From NCBI GenBank assembly GCA_963722075.1, contig CAVRJM010000001.1, positions 1,354,566 through 1,418,565 on the forward strand: 64,000 bases of DNA. Reading direction: 5' to 3'. The stretch's first letter is position 1, and the number at the start of each line of letters is the position of its first letter. Under the pieces are notes generated by a model. That model was not told where the DNA came from. It made no database searches and saw only the letters and a program-made list of their open reading frames with translations. Below are positions 60,166 to 64,000 of this stretch, piece by piece. This DNA comes from Candidatus Babeliales bacterium. GTDB lineage: Bacteria; Babelota; Babeliae; Babelales; JANWKD01. The position numbers and the translations under genes are program-made.

Positions 60166-60728
60166 ATTTTGTTCCCCTTATTATGATGCTTTTCAATCGC
60201 ATTTGCAGCATGCTTGGCATTCTTTAATTTATCACGTAACTGTATTATCCGCTTATTAGTTCTCAATACTTTGACCACATTGCTTCCCCATTTATAAAAG
60301 AGTACTAAGGTAGGAAGAAAACTAACAAAAGAAATAGCATCAAATCCACGCGTTTGCAGTAACTGCCACCCTATATAATCTTTTAAAACCATTTCCAATC
60401 CCATGGTAGCCAATCCAGTAAGCGCCAGTATACCCGTATAAATATAAATATTTCTATCAGCTTGCTTATGCAATTCTTCTTTATGCTCCAGCTTGAGCTC
60501 TAATTTTTTATGACGATTTAATATAAATTGCTTAATCTCTTGAGATTTATCTTTTAAATGCTCATCATGGCAAATATCAATTCCTCGCACCTTTCCTGAT
60601 AAGATTTTATTCATCAAATCCGAAAGGGTAAATAATGATTTTGGTAGTTCTTCTTTTGGAGTTCCGTAGCTCAACCTTGCTACCGAAAATAAAATGAATG
60701 TTGCAACTGTTTTTAATAGAATTTTCAT
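60162..60728 (-). CDS. Secreted coiled-coil protein with twin hydrophobic segments
   Basis: Signal peptide, KKLELKLEHKE coil, two TM segments. Confidence 0.72.
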   Translation of the reverse strand: MKILLKTVATFILFSVARLSYGTPKEELPKSLFTLSDLMNKILSGKVRGIDICHDEHLKDKSQEIKQFILNRHKKLELKLEHKEELHKQADRNIYIYTGILALTGLATMGLEMVLKDYIGWQLLQTRGFDAISFVSFLPTLVLFYKWGSNVVKVLRTNKRIIQLRDKLKNAKHAANAIEKHHNKGNKI

Positions 60729-60935
60729 AATAGAAAAATTTTTAATATTTAAATTAATTATAAATTTCTTAGATAATAAATCAGTATCATATAAAAGTCA
60801 ATTTCGCTTCTCTATGATTCTCTATTTTAACCATTGAATAGAACTTTTGGTACCAGTTTTATTGAAACCATCAATTTACACTCTAAATATCGCTGTATAT
60901 ACTTAAACTCAAAAATTAAAGTAAAGGACTTTGGC

Positions 60936-61361
60936 ATGAACAAACTATTTTTAATAACCCTTACCACACTTTCTTTAAGTAATAATACGTTAGGTAATAA
61001 TGGCATTTCTATTGCACCTGCCACTCACCCTGCTCCTCTGATAACATCACCGAGCATGACAGCCAATGAAAGCGCCTTAGCAGCGGCAACTCTTTTAGGA
61101 TATGGCATAACATTAAATATTTTAGCTATCATTTGCGGTTTCAATGCTATAAGAAAATTTAGGGATATGCCCATCAATGATCTTGAAAAAATTGTAGTTG
61201 CCTTAAGAGGAATTACCCCTCCTGAGGATCGTGAAAAATTAAATAAAACTAATAATTTAGAAGCTCGGTTATATTTATTAGGAGCATTCGTATTTGGCTT
61301 ATTTGGCGTATTTTCGTTAACAGCTGGTAACACTATTGCAACCGCCGCATCTCATCGGTAA
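60936..61361 (+). CDS. Small membrane protein (leader + 2 TM)
   Basis: AAGGA RBS before ATG 60936; two hydrophobic helices. Confidence 0.68.
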   Translation: MNKLFLITLTTLSLSNNTLGNNGISIAPATHPAPLITSPSMTANESALAAATLLGYGITLNILAIICGFNAIRKFRDMPINDLEKIVVALRGITPPEDREKLNKTNNLEARLYLLGAFVFGLFGVFSLTAGNTIATAASHR

Positions 61362-61406
61362 TATAGAATTAAAAAAATAATTTTTTACCATTTAAAGAAA
61401 AAAGTC

Positions 61407-61804
61407 ATGAGACTATTCAGATACTTTTTCATTATCATAGCAATTAATGTAATTGGAAATACTACAGCTTTTAATGAACATCAATATTCAAAAAATTCGT
61501 ATCAGAAAGCCTCTCAAATCAGCAAATTTCTACCAACTACAGAAGTTGCACTCTTCATAGGACTAATATTTTGTGGACATGGTTAATTGCCTGGTTAAAA
61601 GGCTATTGTTTGATACAATGATATTCCCCTATCACCCGATGAAGAAATGCTAGTAGCAATGCGAGTATAATGCGTGAAGAAGATCAGAAAAAATTAACCG
61701 CATTGCGTAAGCATCAAGGTAAACGCTTAAAACAGGCTTCGGTTTTTTTATCATCAATGGGATTCATCTTCTTAGCCATCGGCATTGGCTCATTTTTCTA
61801 TTAA
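61407..61804 (+). pseudogene. Frameshifted paralog of 60936-61361
   Basis: Fragments DIPLSPDEEMLVAMR / MREEDQKKL / TM align with DMPINDLEKIVVALRGITPPEDREKL. Confidence 0.6.
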
Positions 61805-61877
61805 TTTTCCGATACTTCTAGTGAATGAATTCGCAAATTAAGGATTTCCATTGCAACCATTCATAAAAAGTTAAAAA

Positions 61878-62592
61878 TTAATTGGTAACAAATGGATCAA
61901 CTTGAGAACTTTTCAAGGCACATTCTTGCATTAAACTTTGAAGACCTTCAAAACAAAAATGACTCACTTAAATACCTTTAAGTTGTTCATTTATAAATAA
62001 TTCAGGGAAAAACAATTCACGATTATCATAGTTTGTATATACCAATTGTATATTACTAAGTGCTTTTTCAAAGTAATAATAAGCAGTTTTATAATTCTTT
62101 TTATAATAATAATAAAGTCCAATTTCTCTATAATTCCATACATGCCTATCACAATATTCTATAGATTTTAACAAATGTTCTTTTTCTTTTTCTTTATCAT
62201 CAAGATAATAATACCATGATCTTATTTGTTCTTTTATTGATAAGAACTCTTTATTGCTTTCATCAATTTGCATTTCGCAAATAATATCATTAGTGAGGTC
62301 ATCTACCCTTCCAAAAGAAAAAAACGCTATATATCCCAGTAAAAATTTTGCAAATATATTATTAAGATCGTAGTTAAGAATAATATGTAATTGCTTTATT
62401 GCTTCTATTTCGTCATGCAAATTTACATAAGTAAATAATGCATACTTTGTTCGGATCTCAACATTTTTTAGAATCATCTCGTAAAAATTGTTCAAATAAT
62501 TGTATGGCCGGCGTAAAATCCCAAGGGTGCTCTTTACTTTCAATATCTTTAATCAATGAGATAATTGAACTTATAAAATTCTGAGCGTTAAT
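61878..62592 (-). pseudogene. Decayed duplicate of the putative immunity gene
   Basis: Colinear with 62635-63345; ATG>ATT, extra A near 62465, premature TAA at 61968-61970. Confidence 0.88.
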
Positions 62593-62634
62593 TTATACTT
62601 ATCCATTATAAATTCAAATACATTGCCTTTTAAG

Positions 62635-63345
62635 CTAATTGGTAACCATGGGATCCGCCTTACAACTTTTCAAGGCGCATTCTTGCATTAAACTTTGTAA
62701 CCCTTCAAAGCAAAAATGACTTACATATATCCCTTTAAGTTGTTCATTTATAAATAATTCAGGGGAAAACAATTCTCGATTATCATAGTTGGTATACACC
62801 AATTGAATATTGCTAAATGCTTTTTCAAAATAATAATAAGCACTTCTGTAATCTTTTTTAAAATAATAATAAAGGCCTACTTGCCTATAATTCCATACAT
62901 GTTTATCCCAATATTCTATGGATTTTAGCAAACACTCTTTTTCTTTTTCTTTATCGGAATAATAATACCAAGATTTTATTAGTTCTCTTATTGATAACAA
63001 TTCTTTATTATTATCTTTAATTTCCATATCACAAATTATATCATTAGTAAGATCATCAACTACACCAATTGAAAAATAAGCAATATAACCCAGCAAAAAT
63101 TTAGCAAATATATTATTACAATCATATTTCAAAATAATATGCAATTGTTTGATACCTTCCATTTCATCATGCACGTCATCATAAATAAACAACGCGTATT
63201 TTGTTCGAACCTCAATATTCTCCGGATTATCTTTTAAGAATTGCTGAAATAATTGTATGGCCGGCATAAAATCCCAGGGGTGCTCTTTACTTTCAATATC
63301 TTCAATCAATGAGGTAATCGAGTTTAAAAAATCTTGGACATTCAT
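62635..63345 (-). CDS. TPR-like helical protein, putative immunity protein
   Basis: Start overlaps the toxin stop (ATGA); aromatic-rich, no signal peptide; tandemly duplicated. Confidence 0.65.
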   Translation of the reverse strand: MNVQDFLNSITSLIEDIESKEHPWDFMPAIQLFQQFLKDNPENIEVRTKYALFIYDDVHDEMEGIKQLHIILKYDCNNIFAKFLLGYIAYFSIGVVDDLTNDIICDMEIKDNNKELLSIRELIKSWYYYSDKEKEKECLLKSIEYWDKHVWNYRQVGLYYYFKKDYRSAYYYFEKAFSNIQLVYTNYDNRELFSPELFINEQLKGIYVSHFCFEGLQSLMQECALKSCKADPMVTN

Positions 63346-64000
63346 TTATATTTATCCATAATAAATTCGAATATATTTCCTTTTAAAACCGCATTAACTT
63401 TATCCCATAGATAAGCATCTACATTAATTACCTCGCCCTCTATTACCATAATTCTAACTAGTACCTTATTACCATTTATTACTGTTTTCATAGTATTATC
63501 ACCCATATGAATCTTCTCAGCAAGATCAGCATGTTTTATCAGATCAGCCACTTTTGCAGCAATGATATCTCGGGTATACCTAATTTCTCCATACCTGCCT
63601 TTATATGCTTAGGAGAGAAAATATGAAATTCCTTTTTCAATAAAATGTCTTTAGTAAATTCCTGAACAACATTGCCTTTTCCAGGTTCTACATACACCAC
63701 AATTTCTTGAGAAAGCCTATCAGTATACAAATCAACGAGCACTGACGCTTGTGGCGGGGGAGGAACATTACCACTATTGCCATTGTTGCCGCCATTATTG
63801 GTTGATAAATGAATTATCGATCCAATATCTGCCACCCCTTCAATAATTCCGGCTACGGGAACTGCAGTTGCTGGTACAAGAACACCAACTCCTTCATGAA
63901 GTAAAACGGCAGCTTGCGCAAGTGGGATTGCGCCACTACTCATACCAGAACTGCTATCGCCTATAGCGATAAGTGGCATAGTCAAATCGCCTAATTGGCC
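63342..64000 (-). pseudogene. C-terminal part of a putative polymorphic toxin (Ntox35-like), 1-nt frameshift near 63575, continues past window end
   Basis: Hydrophobic Ala/Val/Gly region, N/G/P linker, then HIFSPKHIKAGMEKLG / DIIAAKVADLI...TVINGNKVLVRIMVIEGEVINVDAY. Confidence 0.55.

Noticed and set aside
426..61333. Numerous 60-110 aa ORFs antisense or out of frame within longer genes
   Set aside because: Shadow ORFs with no RBS or motifs, nested in well-supported CDSs.

Overview
AT-rich bacterial chromosome segment. By inference it comes from an intracellular protist parasite of Candidatus Dependentiae (TM6/Babelota): housekeeping genes are interleaved with many small secreted ORFans and ankyrin/WD40/TPR proteins. 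Recognisable genes: uppS, gpsA, RNase P RNA (rnpB), PASTA protein, PBP1A, dipZ, murG, DciA/DUF721, Mg-type P-ATPase, MazG-like, archease+rtcB, holB, tmk, acyl-CoA ligase, GT4, MBL hydrolase, mntH. Most notable: (1) a small GIY-YIG nuclease gene bracketed by inverted GTC-tagged palindromes, present as intact, decayed and empty cassettes, with related palindromes dispersed and a second ~74-bp element repeatedly nested in their loops, resembling RAYT/REPIN but with a GIY-YIG enzyme; (2) tandem secreted Skp1-like+WD40 proteins carrying exact KRxFxxAF importin-alpha motifs; (3) 16 signal peptides followed by Met-(E/D/N/K); (4) an ankyrin effector with NLS/SIM/BC-box-like motifs truncated by an IS; (5) two unexplained structured intergenic segments; (6) a decaying polymorphic toxin-immunity locus. 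All family calls come from reading motifs by eye; no searches were run.
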